Counted from the stretch's first letter, positions 25,069-39,300 are shown. The stretch is 64,000 nt of DNA from Octopus sinensis (GCF_006345805.1 NC_042997.1:130758001-130822000); one strand, 5' to 3'. The notes: generated from the sequence alone by a model not told the origin. A program made the numbers and translations.

Positions 25069-28000
25069 CCTCCTCATCTTATTTCTTTACTGCCCACAAG
25101 GGGCTAAACACAGAGAGGACAAACAAGGACAAATGAATTAAGTAGATTATATTGACCCCAGTGTGTGACTGGTACTTATTTAATCGACCCCGAAAGGATG
25201 GGAATTTGAACTCAAAACGTAGCGACAGACGAAATACTGCTAAGCATTTCGTCTGGCTTATTAACGTTTCTGCCAGCTCGCCGCCTCATCTTGACATATG
25301 ATAGTTGTAAACAATTCACTGTCATGCATGTGTTGTCATTTGTTTCCAATCTTCAGTGTAAACATGCTCAGACATGGGTAAATATTACAAATTTTTTTAA
25401 ACAAATTTTTTTATTAACATTTTGTATTGTTTCACTATATTTTATTTTTCTTATACTTCATAAATCTTTTACTTTTAGGACATGAAATGTGTTGGAATAC
25501 AGTAAGTATTAAAATATTTTTCAATGAAGTTCTATTATTATTATTTTTTTTTTTTATTATTCTAGCTTAGTCAAAAAGTGAGTGTAGTGTTCATGACATT
25601 CGTGTTTTATTTCTTTAGCCCACCCCCATGTTCTACCAAAGGGTTTTCAAAGTTGGTGACCCTTTGCAAGGTCTCCAACTTTTGTGGAGAAAATGGAGAA
25701 ACTATCTATCCAAAAAGCACTTGTACTGTTTCCATTGACCCAATTTTAGGTTGCCCTAGATTATGATAAGAGACACTTTCCTAATTCACTAATGCAGTAG
25801 GATCAAATTTGGGACAACGAAATTACAAAACAAAGGTCTTAACCAAAGGCGCAGGAGTGGCTGTGTGGTAAGTAGCTTGCTTACCAGTCACATGGTTCCG
25901 GGTTCAATCCCACTGCGTGGCACCTTGGGCAAGTGTCTTCTACTATAGCTTCGGGCCGACCAAAGCCTTGTGAGTGGATTTGGTAGACGGAAACTGAAAG
26001 AAGCCCATTGTATATATGTATACATATACATGTATGTGTGTGTATATGTTTATGTGTCTGTGTTTGTCCCGTCCAACATCACTCGACAACTGATGCTGGT
26101 GTGTTTACGTTCTCGTAACTTAGTGGTTTGGCAAAAGAGAGAGATAGAATATGTCCTAGGCTTACAAAGAATAAGTCCTGGGGTCGATTTGCTCGACTAA
26201 AAGCGGTGCTCCAGCATGGCCACAGTCAAATGACTGAAACTAGTAAAAGAGTAAATGACCAAGCTTGTACTCACAACTTCTTTTGTTATTAAATACAAAG
26301 TATACCAATCTTCTGTCCCAATTTTTACATCACCAATCTTATGACTTACTAGCAGTATCACCTGGTGTTGCTCGGGTTTGTAAGGGAAATAACTATATAA
26401 GCATTTTTAGAGATGTAAAGTATAATAGCCATCTCAATATGGTTAACCACAAAGGGGGGTGTGTTACTGTAGCTTTTTACGTTCTGAGATTTAATAATAA
26501 ACTTTTAGAGAGTTACTTCCCTTATATATGCCAAAAATGCATTAAAAATGGGAAAAATTGATGGTAAATTTTTTTTTAAATCGTAGACTCATCGTAGACG
26601 CGCCCTAATACCCAGAAGGGCTCGATATGACTCACGACTATAAGATACCCGGTTTTGGTTAAACTGCACCGCAAAATGTGGGAGTAGTTAGGAATCTAAA
26701 TCATAGGAGACAGACAGCACACAACCTTACTTTTATATATAAAGATTAATATATATGCATGCTCCATTGCTATGTACATGTTTTGTCACACATATTTCCA
26801 AATTAATGGCTTATAATATATTCATTTTTTGCTGTATCATGACATATCTCTTTTATCTTTGTTTATGTAATTAATTTTAGTAAATTGAAGTAAAGATGGT
26901 CTCAGTTTTTCCATTATTTTAAAAAATATTTTCAACAGATATATTGAAGCTATACGCCAACTTTTAAAAGATGGGAAGAAAATGTTGAGAAATATTCACT
27001 TGACTTTTATGCCAGGTAATTAAATAATTATACCAATTAATGTTTAATGAAGACTAAAGAAGAAGTTCACTTATTTATGATTATAATATTTAATGGTGTG
27101 TTTATTTCTTGTCTCTTGGATTGGAAAGTATGACAGAGCTGGCCTTTTGAAATAAGATACAAGCCAGCTGCTGGGATTCCTCACAGTTTTCATAACCAAA
27201 TTTCACTAACAATGATTGGGTTAATTTGAGGTTCTTGGAGCCACCTGTCTAACACTCATGGACATGTTTACAAAGTCAGAAAACAGCACAGCATCCATGA
27301 CTTCTGGAAACATTTTTTCACGCTAAGAGTTGCTGAAGTATGGAACAAACTGCCAGCATCAGTTGTTAGTTGTCGGAGCACTGCATCCTTCAAAACTTCC
27401 ATGCTTCCTGAGATTCACCAACACTACACCTGATTTTCTCCCCTCCATACACACGTAAGCATGTATCTGACTCATACACTGTTCACTTCCCAGACATTTG
27501 TACATTACTGCATATGCTTTATACGCACTTTTGACAAGTTGTGGTGCACCTGAGCACTGTATACAATAATTTCATTATTATTATTATTATAATATTTAAT
27601 GGTGTATTTATTTCTTGTCTCTTGGATTGGAAAGTATGATAGAGCTGGCCTTTTGAAATAAGATACAAGCCAGCTGTTGGGATTCCTCACAGTTTTCGTA
27701 ACCAAGTTTCACTAACAATGATTGGGTTAATTTGAGGTTCTAGGAGAAGTCACTGTTTTTTTTTTTAAGTTGTCTTGAAAATGAAGGATTTTGGACATAC
27801 TCTCCACAAATTTTTCATGCTTGAGGGTGCGACAGAGAAATTGTGTGGCATGTGTTGCATTGTGTTATTGTCAATGCAAATGTGATGAACCGGCTGAATT
27901 ACTAAAGTATCTGAAAAAGATTGTGAAATTTCTTCTGACTCATTACAATTTGAGTTCAAATTCCACGAGATCAAGTTTGCTTTCCTCTATTCTGGGGTCA

Positions 28001-31000
28001 ATAAAATAAAGTACCAGTCAATTACTGGGGCCAATGTAATCACTAACCCTCTTCCACAAAGATTGCTGGCTTTGTGCTTCAGTCCCACTGTGTGGCACCT
28101 TGAGCAAGTGTCTTCTACACTAGCCTCAGGGCAACCAAAGCCTTGTGAGTGGATTTAGTAGGCAGAAACTGAAAAAAGCCCGTCGTATATATATGTGTGT
28201 GTGTATATGTTTGTGTGTCTGTGTTTGACCCCCCACCACCACCATCGCTTGACAACTGAAGCTGGCGTGTTTACATTCCCATAACTTAGCGGTTCGGCAA
28301 AAAGAGACTGATAGAATAAGTACTAGGCTTACAAAGAATAAGTCGTGGGGTCAATTTGCTCGACTAAAGGCGGTGCTCCAGCATGGCCGCAGTCAAATGA
28401 CTGAAACAAGTAAAAGAGTAAAGAGTAAAAGAGTAATTATTGTCAATGCAACTTCAAGCTCTCTCTATATTTTTTTCTGTTTCTTAAACATTTAATGTTT
28501 ACCAATGTTTAGATGTTTTGTAGCACAACATGATTCGTGTCTTATTCTTTTCTAGAGGAAGAAGTTGGTGGCATACTTGGAATGAAGTTGTTTGTAAAGC
28601 GTGAAGAATTTAAGCAGCTGAACATTGCTTTTGCTTTGGATGAAGGTTATTTATATTTTTAATGTTTTGTAGTAAATGAGACAAATGTTACTTTCCATAA
28701 GTGATAAAATACTTTAAAATATTTCATTTTCTAATGACATTTCTAAGTTGCTGTATATTTTTCTATCTCAGGGTTAGCTAATCCAACTGAACATTTCACT
28801 ATTTTCTATGGAGAAAGATCTGCCTGGTGTAAGTAAATCTAAAATTTTATCATTATAACTACTAATAAGTCTAAAATTTGTTTTCCCTTTCTGTTATTTG
28901 TTCAAGCTCTTCAAGAACTTCTCAATTTCTAATGATTTATCTGAGGTTCTTTTCCAATAGGCGTAGGAGTGGCTGTGTGGTAAATAGCTTGTTTACCAAC
29001 CACATGGTTCCAGGTTCAGTCCCACTGTGTGGCATCTTGGGCAAGTGTCTTCTACCATAGCCTCGGGCCGACCAAAGACTTGTGAGTGGATTTGGTAGAC
29101 GGAAACTGAAAGAAACCCTTCATATATATGTATATATATGTGTGTTTGTGTGTCTGTGTTTGTCCCCCCACCATCGCTTGACAACCGATGCTGGTGAGTT
29201 TACGTCCCCGTAACTTAGCGGTTTGGCAAAAGAGAAACTGATAGAATAAGTACTAGGCTTACAAAGAATAAGTCCTGGGGTCGATTTGCTCGACTAAAGG
29301 CGGTGCTCCAGCATGGCCACGGTCAAATGACTGAAACAAGTAAAAAAAAAAAAATGTAAAATAAATGTTAGTTAAAAAAAAGATAATAAAATAAATCGAA
29401 AGATTGATTTATAGTAAATATTTAATTATCTTTGAAAAGGTGTGTCTGCTACCTGCAAAAATTTTATCCAGAAGAAAAGAAAAAATTTAAAAAGAAGACA
29501 TTTCAATAATTTTTGATTTTAGAAAACAAACTATTTTACAACATGCATTTTAATAAAGCAAATTATTTTAAAATACTGAAGTGGTAATCTGGCAAAAGGA
29601 TTAGTACACTGAACAAAATGCTTGGCAGTATTTCATCTGTCTTAATGTTCTGAGTTCAAATTCTGCCAACTTTGTGTTTCATTGTATCAGGATCATTGAA
29701 ATAAGTACCAGTTGTGCTCAGGGGTCAATGTAATCAACTAGCTCCCTCTCCTAAAATATCAGGTCTTGTGCTTATAGTAGACAGGAGTATTATAAAGGTG
29801 GCAAACTGGCAGAATCATTAGCATGTCTGACAAAATACTTAGTGGCACTTTATCTGTTAAGTTCTGAGTTCAAATTCTGCTGAGATCAACTTTGCCCTTC
29901 ATCCTTTCATGGTCGATAAAAGACATACCAGTTGAGCACTGGGGTCAATGTAATTAACTTACCCCTCTCCCAAAACTGCTGGCTTTGTGCCAAAATTTGA
30001 AACCAATATTTTAAAATACTTTTGTATTCAAATTATGTGCTAACGTAAATAAACATTATTTAACATTTTAATAAGCAAAATTATCTTAAAATATTTCGTT
30101 TTTGGATTTGGTTTGCAAGATTCTTTATATGAGTTCGTGTGTTGAAGCATATTCTGTTGTGTCTGGGGAGAGTCATTTTTTTTTTCTGTGCCTTATAATG
30201 TAACACACTCACCGGTAAAATTTCCACTTATTTTTTATTTTTATTTTCCTAAACTTTTTGTTGTGTCTTGCAACCTTTTCAATAGTCTTAAGACTATTGA
30301 AAAGGTGGCAAGATGCAATGAAAATTTTAGGAAAATAGACTATTGAAAAGGTTGCAAGACGCAATGAAAATTTTAGGATAATAAAAATAAGAAATAAGTG
30401 GAAATTTTACCAGTGAGTGTGTTAAATCATAAGGCACAAAAAGAAAATGACTCTCCCCAGACACAACAGAATATATTAAAATACTTTCATATTCAAATTA
30501 TGTATTTTCAATGTTAAGATATGTATTATCAATATTAAAAGTCACATTTTAACAAACCAAATTAAATATTTTAAGATACATTAGCACTCAAATTATGTAT
30601 TAACATCACTAAATATTAACTTTCTAAATATACCAAATAAAATATCTTAAAATACTTTTATAGTTAAATTATACACTGTCACAAGCAAATGGTGTTTGAA
30701 ATTTTACTCAATATTTTTCACCATAGTCAAGGTAGTGACACACCAGGCAAAATGCTTAATGGCACTTTGTTGTTACATTCTGAGTTCAAATTCTACTAAG
30801 GCAGTGAGCTGGCAGAAACGTTAGCACGTCAGGCGAAATGCTTAGCAGTATTTCGTCTTCTGCTACGTTCTGAGTTTAAATTCCACTGAGGTCGACTTTG
30901 CTTTTCATCCTTTCGGGGTCGAATAAATAAGTACCAGTTACGCACTGGGATCGATATAATCGACTTAATCTGTTTGTCTGTCCTTGTTTGTCCTCTCTGT

Positions 31001-32889
31001 GTTTAGCCCCTTGTGGGTAGTAAAGAAATGAGTATTTTATCTGTTCTTACATTCTGAGTTCAAATTTTGTCACGGTCAACTTTGTCTTTCATTTTTTGGG
31101 GCTGATAAATTAAGTAACAGTTGCATGCTGGAGTCGATCTAATTGACTGCCCACCTCCCACAAAATTTCAGGCCTTGTACCTAGAGTAGAAAAGAAATTC
31201 TACCAAGGTCAACTTTGCCTTTCATCCTTTTGGGGTTGATAAAATAAAGTGCTAGTTGAACACTTGGGTTGGTGTAATTGACTTAATCCCACTCCAAACT
31301 TGCTGACCTTGTGCCAAAATTCGAAACCAATATTTTCGACCATTGTTCAGTATGTATTATTTTTCTTGTTTATCACTATTTATAGGGGCTAAAGTCAAAT
31401 GTTCTGGTAATCCTGGCCATGGCTCAAGATTTATTGAAAACACTGCTGCTGAAAAATTTGTGAGTAATATCTGTTGCTGTTTGTCTGTCGGGACTAAAGC
31501 ATCTACAGTTTAGATAACATTAGAATAACATATTAAGGTTTATGATACCAACTTTTAGCTTCTCTCTCTCTCTCTTGATTAACCCTAATTATCAACATGA
31601 TTTTCTGCAGGGATTGAATTGCTTCAAATAACATTGGAATAACATATTAAGCTTTAATGAAGGCGGTGAACTGGCAGAAACGTTAGCACGTTGGGCGAAA
31701 TGCTTAGCAGTATTTCTTCTGGCTTTGTTTTGAGTTCAAATTCCGCCGAGGTTGACTTTGCCTTTCATCCTTACTGGGTCAATAAATTAAGTACCTGTTG
31801 TATACTGGGGTCGATCTAATTGACTGGAATCCTCCTCTAAAATTTTGGGCCTTGTACCTAGAGTAGAAAAGAATATCCTCCTCCTCATCATCATCATCAT
31901 CGTTTATTGTCCATTTTCCATGCTAGCATGGGTTGGACAGTTTGACCGGGGTCTGGGAAGCCAGGAGGCTGCACCAGGCTCCAGTCTGATTTGACAGTGT
32001 TTCTACAGCTTGATGCCCTTCCTAACGCCAACTACTCCGTAAGTGTAGTGGGTGCTTTTTATGTGCCAGGGGAGGCTGGCAAGCTTTAATGATATCAGCC
32101 TCTGTTTTCTTCTTCTTCTCTTGATATTATCTCTGTCCTCATCTCAGTTTTTAATCTCCCACAACTTAATTCACTTTTGCTTTTTTCAGTTCTTATGTGT
32201 TATCCACAACCAATTTCTCTTCCAATACAAGCAATCCATATTTATCAGTAGAATAAACAGTAACTGAGTGCTAGTCTAGACATCATTGTTAAGTTTTCTT
32301 CTGATATATTTTTGTGCTCAAATATTGTTAAAGTTGTAATAGGATAAACACTTGCAACATTCTGGGATAGTTGGTTAAACTGAATGACCATATGGCCACT
32401 TGGTTTAGCCAACTATCTCTGAGATCAGTAAAATAAAGGACCAGTTAAGTACAGGAGTTGATGTAATTGACTGACTCCCCCTTCCCCTCAACATTGCCAA
32501 GCTTGTGCCTAAATTAGAAACCATTATTATTATTATTATTATTATTCTATGTTTGACTTTTGCTTTACATTTGCACAAGCTGGCTCCAAGTCTCACCCAG
32601 AGACCTCAAGAGACAACATGTTGGAAGTTCATGTTGGTGTTACACCTAGGGTGTCATATATTTGGTTTAGTGTTGTACTAATGAATGTCTAAAGAACCAT
32701 ACGAAAATTATGTTTGTTTTAAAACTTGAGATTACATGGAAAGTATTTTGCGTAGGATATGAGCAGTTCCCATGAGCACTATCTTTTGAATTTCTGCCAT
32801 TTTTGGGTTTCCTGGTATCTGAGTTAGGTAGCAATCAGCCCCTTTTGCTATCATTCCCAGGGCACCTATGACAACAGGTATTATTTTAG

Positions 32890-32925
<36 letters not shown>

Positions 32926-33304
32926 TATTATTATTATTATTATTATATTATTATTATTATTATTCTATGTTTGACTTCTGCTTTACATTTGCACAAGCTG
33001 GCTCCGAGTCTCACCCAGAGACCTCAAGAGACATGTTGGAAGTTCATGTTGGTGTTATGCCTAGGGTGCCATATATTTGGTTTAGTGTTGTACTAATGAA
33101 TGTCTAAAGAACCATACGAAAATTATGTTTGTTTTAAAACTTGAGATTACATGGAAAGTATTTTGCGTAGGATATGAGCAGTTCCCATGAGCACTATCTT
33201 TTGAATTTCTGCCATTTTTGGGTTTCCTGGTATCTGAGTTAGGTAGCAATCAGCCCCTTTTGCTATCATTCCCAGGGCACCTATGACAACAGGTATTATT
33301 TTAG

Positions 33305-33343
<39 letters not shown>

Positions 33344-36300
33344 TATTCTTTTTATCTCAGGTTTTGTCGTAACACCTGGAGTCTTACATACATAGCAGGC
33401 TTGCTGCCTGCAGCCTGCAACACCATGCTATCTGTTCTTTTCAGCTATTTCATACTTTTCTGATTATTTTGGCTATGTCAAGGAGGAAACCTTTTGTTAC
33501 AATTCTACTGGGCACTCTATTCCAATTTCCTTTGTATTCCTCTTGATGCCTTCTGATATTGTCCCTAAGGGACCTTCTTCATTTTCCATAGCTGGGGTAG
33601 AATATACGAAGCCCAATATACCCATTATGACTACCCATCTGATAAGGGTACATCAGGCACATGCATCACAACCATATGTGCGCAACATAGTGGTCGCATA
33701 TTAAGATAAACAGTGCATGACCTTGCAGGTGGGGCCCAGTTAGAATTTTCTTCTGGTTGAGTAGCCCATCCCGCTCGCTCAAAAGGTTCCTGAATAAGGA
33801 TTGTTTAAGGATGTTGAACGAACCACCCATGTTTCCAGAGGTGACTTATTCAAACCCCAAAGAATCCCTCTCAACACATGGCCATGTTGCTCCTCACTAC
33901 TTCTCATGATCAGAGATGCACATATTGTCAGCCACTAAGGGACATGCTCAACTGGTTAAGGTCAAACAACTGACAAGCAAATCTGTGGTATTGAGCAGAA
34001 TATTTGCTGTAGCCCATTTTTTATACCAAGACAAAACAATGTACATGATAACACTTCCAATCAGTTAAGATCAGAAGCCACGAGAGCCACTGTCTGGTAC
34101 TGCATCAGGACATTTATTATTATTATTATTATTATTTACGGAGATGTACTTGCATAGCAAGTGACCTAATCTGAGATCGTGTGCTGGAATGAAAACAATT
34201 GCAGCATGGAAGGTGTTTATAAGCCATTTAAAAAACACACAAAAACCGTTAGATTCACTTCAACATTTAAATTTAATTTGCCAAAATATTTTCAGCGCTT
34301 TCAGATCGCGACCTGTTCACTGACAAAATTCCGTGCTGCAGCACGGAATTTTATCAGTGAACAGGTTGCGGTCTGAAAGCGATGAAAATATTTTGGCAAA
34401 TTAAATTTAAATTATTAATATTATTAAGGTAGTAATAATAGTAATATTTATTGTTTCTATTTTCCTTTCAGAGAAACATCATAAATAAACTGTTAAGTTT
34501 GCGGGATGAAGAAGAAAAGAAGTAAGCAACATTATTATTATTATTGGCTCTAGATGGAATGGTAGAATATTAGGGAGTTTTCATAGACTGTGAGGATTAG
34601 TGGAGTTAGTGTTCTATTAGTCTCTATGTTTTGAGTTCATATCTCTCTGACAGGAACCTAATCGTTCGTCTTTCTGGAGGTTGATAAAGTACCAGATTTC
34701 ATATAAAGGATTTTAAGCGTAAATTATAATAGAAGACTAAGATCACATTGAGTTTCAGCAATAGACAAGAAAACATATCCATGTCACGCAAAGTACTTGG
34801 TAATCTTGACGTGACTGGTGCTACATAAAAAGCACTGGTGATGGTGCCACAGAAAAGGCACCCATACACTTTGTAAATTGGTTGCAGTAGAAAGGGCGTC
34901 CATCTGCAGAAATCATGCCAAGACAGACTATGGAACCTGGTGCAGCTTCTGGCCTTGTCAGCTCCTGTCAAACCATCCGACCCATGCCAACAAGGAAAAC
35001 AGATATTAAATGATGATGAAGTCTAAAATCTTTTTGTACTAATTAGGGACACACTAAACAGCAATGTCTACAATATAGTTGTGTACAATTCATCATCATT
35101 GTTGTTTAACGTCCGATTTCCATGCTAGCATGGGTTGGACGATTTCACTGAGGACTGGCGAACCAGAAGGCTGCACCAGGCTCCAATCTGATATAGCAGA
35201 GTTTCTACAGCTGGATGCCTTTTCCTAATGTCAACCACTCTGAGAGTGTACTGGGTTCTTTTACGTGCCACCGGCATGAGGGCCAGTCAGATGGTACTGG
35301 CAACGGCCACACTCAAATGGTGTTTTTTACGTGCCACCTGCACAGGAGCCAGTCCAGCAGCACTGGCAACTACCTCATTCGAATGATTTTTCATGTGCCA
35401 CCGGCACAAGTGCCAGTAAGGTGACACTGGTAATAATCATGCACAAATAATGCTTTTTTATGTGCCACCGACTCAGAAGCCAATTAGCTGCTCTGGCAAT
35501 GATCACGCTCAGATGGTGCTCTTAGCGCTCTATTAACATGGATACCAGCCATCGAACTTGATTTCGATTTCGATTTCACTTGCCTCAACAGGTCTTTGCA
35601 AGCAGAGTTTAGTGTCCAATGAAGGAAAGGTATGCATAAGTGGGCTGGTTATACCCCTGGCATAGCCATGAGGTTATGGTCTCACTTGGCTTGCTGGGCC
35701 TTCTCAAGCCAGGCCAACACTGAATGTTAAATATACATTCAAACATCAAAAGGCCTCCATTGCAAAAACTGTTTCTAGAGGGAAATTCTCCTTATAGACA
35801 ATGTATGAAAAAAATATACCACTGGGCCATGAATAACGACCGCTTTCCATGCTAGCATGGGTTGGACGATTTCACTGAGGACTACAATACATGTCTTTCT
35901 CTATTGTTAGGTTTCATCAGCTATGGCACCAAATCTGTTGTTCATAGCCACTAAGAAGTAGAAAACCATTTTCTACTGTAACTTTGGAATTTAGATGGTC
36001 TTTGTAGAATTTTTTATTCTAAAATAATTTTATTATCTTTGCAGGTTAAAATCCAATCCAAATCTTGTTCTTGGTGATGTGACCAGTGTAAATTTGACTA
36101 TGGTTCAGGTAAAACTTTAAAGCTTTTATAGTTCACTTCACTGATCTTAACTGGAAATTTGGCTTCTCAACTGATTAACTGAGTATAATTATACTCATCC
36201 AGCTCATATGCCTTATTTTTTTCAGTGTTGATGTAAATATTGTAAAAATGTTTTGATTTATGGATGAAATTCTGCGGTCTCGGATCTGTCCATGGGGTAT

Positions 36301-39300
36301 AGGTTCATTAAGTCAGAGCTTATTCCAGTGTCCATGACATATAAGTGACCAAATGTAGTCTCCCTTGAACCAGATGTCAGTCCAGTGTTTGGTTAGCCTA
36401 CTACAATTTCCTAAGTGGACTGCAGCAACATGAAATAGTGTTTTGCTCAAAAATGGAATGCATTACTTGGTCTGCTAATTGGAACCTTGACCTTATGATC
36501 ACGAGTCTAACACTCTGACTATTAGGCCATCTGCATTCACAAAAGATGAAGCTAACAATCTTAAAAGTTACGATTGTACAAAAGTGTTATCAGTTATATG
36601 ATGGGTAACTTTTGCCACCCTGAGTAATATCAAGAAATATGGCATTCATACAATAATTATAATTTATGTTGTTTTTGTATTTAGTTTGCTGGATTCTTGA
36701 TGTGAATTTATGTGTTGAAACATAGTTTGTTGTATCTCAAGAGAGTCATATGTATTTATTATCGGCGTAATAATTGGCATATAGGTGCAGGTGTGGCTGT
36801 GTGGTAAGAAGTTTGTTTCCTAACCACATGATTCTGGGTTCAATCCCATTGCATAGCACTTTGAGCAAGTGCCTCCTACTATAGCCTTTTGAGTGTACAT
36901 GGTACACAGAAAATGTAAAGAAGCCTGTTGTATATATATGTGTGTGTGTGTGGGGGGGGTTGTATTTGTGTTTGCCCCACCACTACTTGAGTGAGGGCGC
37001 ATGGCTTAGTGGTTAGGGCATTCGGCTCATGATCGTAAGGTTGTGAGTTCGATTCCCGGCGACGCGTTGTATCCTTGAGCAAGACACTTTATTTCACGTT
37101 GCTCCAGTCCACTCAGCTGGCAAAAATGAGTTGTACTTGTATTTCAAAGGGTCAGCCTTGTCACTCTCTGTGTCATGCTGATTATCCCTGAGAACTACGT
37201 TAAGGGTACACGTGTCTGTGGAATGCTCAGCCATTTGCACGTTAATTTCACGAGCAAGCTGTTCCGTTGGTCGTATCAGCTGGGACCCTCGTCGTCGTAA
37301 CCGGCGGAGTCTTTTTTTTAAAACCACTACTTGGCAACTGGTGTTGGTTTGTTTACATCCCCATAACTTAGCAGTTCAGCAAAACAAAGTCTGATAGAAT
37401 AAGTATCAGACTATAAAGAAAGCACTGGGGTCAATTTGTTTAAATAAACCCTTAAGGGTAGTGCCCCAGCATGGCTGCTGTCTAATGACTAGAATAAGTA
37501 AAAGATAGAAGATAATGACACTCATGTGATACAACAAATTATAATTTCCTGGTGCATATTCAAAATGATGAAATAAATACTAATTTTCAAAAGAAAGGTG
37601 TAGGAGTGGCTGTGTGGTAAGTAGCCTGCTTACAAACCACATGGTTCCAGGTTCAGCCCCACTGTGTGACACCTTGGTCAAGTGTCTTCTACTATAGCTT
37701 CGGCCCGACCAAAGCCTTGTAAATGGATTTGGTAGATGGAAACTGAAAGAAGCCCGTCATATATATGTATGTGTTTGTATGTCTCTGTTTGTCCCCTTCA
37801 CCCCAACATCGCTTGACAACTGATGCTGGTGTGTTTACATCCCCGTAACTTAGCGGTCTGGCAAAAGAAACCGATAGAATAAGTACTAGGCTAACAAAGA
37901 ATAAGTCCTGGGGTTGATTTGCTCAACTAACGGCGGCGCTCCAGCATGACCACAGTCAAATGACTGAAACAAGTAAAAGGATAAAAGAGTAAAAGAGTAT
38001 TACTTTGAAATAAAATCAAATATAACAAATTTATTTGTATATTCACAATAAATACATGTTATTATGTCTCTGAATTTTACCAACATATTCAAGGTGGTGC
38101 CCCAGCATGGCCGCAGTCTAATAACTGAAACAAATAAATGATAATTGAAATCTTTTACATGGAAAATCTATCTCTCGCTTTACTCTCTTTTACTTGTTTT
38201 AGTCATTTGACTGTGGCCATACTGGAGCACCACCTTTAGTCGAGCAAATCGACCCCAGGACTTATTCTTTGTAAGCCCAGTACTTATTCTATCGGTCTCT
38301 TTTGCCGGACCGCTAAGGTACGAGGATGTAAACACACCAGTATTGGTTGTCAAGCGATGTTGGGGAGACAAACAAACATATACACACACATACACATATA
38401 TATATACACATATATATGACAGGCTTCTTTCAGTCTCCGTCAACCAAATCCACTCACACGGCTTTGTTCGGCCCGAGGCTATAGTAGAAGACACTTGACC
38501 AAGGTGCCACGCAGTGGGAATGAATGCAGAACCATGTGGTTGGTAAGCAAGCTATTTACCCCACTACTACTCCTGCACCTATCTCTGAAAAATTTCATTT
38601 TAAAACTGTAGTTTTTAGAAAAATATTTCTTACTTTCAAATAAAAACTCATGGACATGTTTACAAAGTCAGAAAACAGCACAGCTTCCATGACTTTTGGA
38701 AACATTTTTTCACGCTAAGAGTTACTAAATTATGGAACAAACTGCCGGCATCAGTTGTTAGTTGTTGGTGCACTGCATCCTTCAAAACTTCCATGCTTCC
38801 TGAGATTCACCAACACTACACCTGATTTTCTCCCCTCCATACACACGCAAGCATGTATCTGACTCATACACTGTTCACTTCCCAGACATTTGTACATTAC
38901 TGCATATGCTTTATACGCACTTTTGGCAAGTTGTGGTGCACCTGAGCACTATATACAATAATTTCATTATTATTAAAATCAAACAAAATTCGTATTCGTA
39001 TATTCATAATAAATACATGTTATTTCTCTAAATTTTATCAACATAATTGAAATTTGTTACATAGAAAAATCTATCTCTGCAAAATTTCATTTTTAAAATG
39101 TGTAGTTTTTAGAAAGTTATCATTGCCTACGCACTTATGATTCTCTTCTTATGTTAACTCTCTCTGTATTTCTATTTTAACTATCTCTCCTCCTCTCTGT
39201 ATATGATGTAAAGCATGACTAGAAAATTCAACCAACTAGTTGGGGCAAAAGGGTAAGAGTAAAGACCTGCTTCGGTCATGAATGACCATAGGATTGCACC

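Noticed and set aside
36993-37070. tRNA gene
   Set aside because: The A/B boxes are followed by a SINE body. There is no complete cloverleaf or poly-T terminator, and the other A/B-box hits are likewise multi-copy SINE heads.
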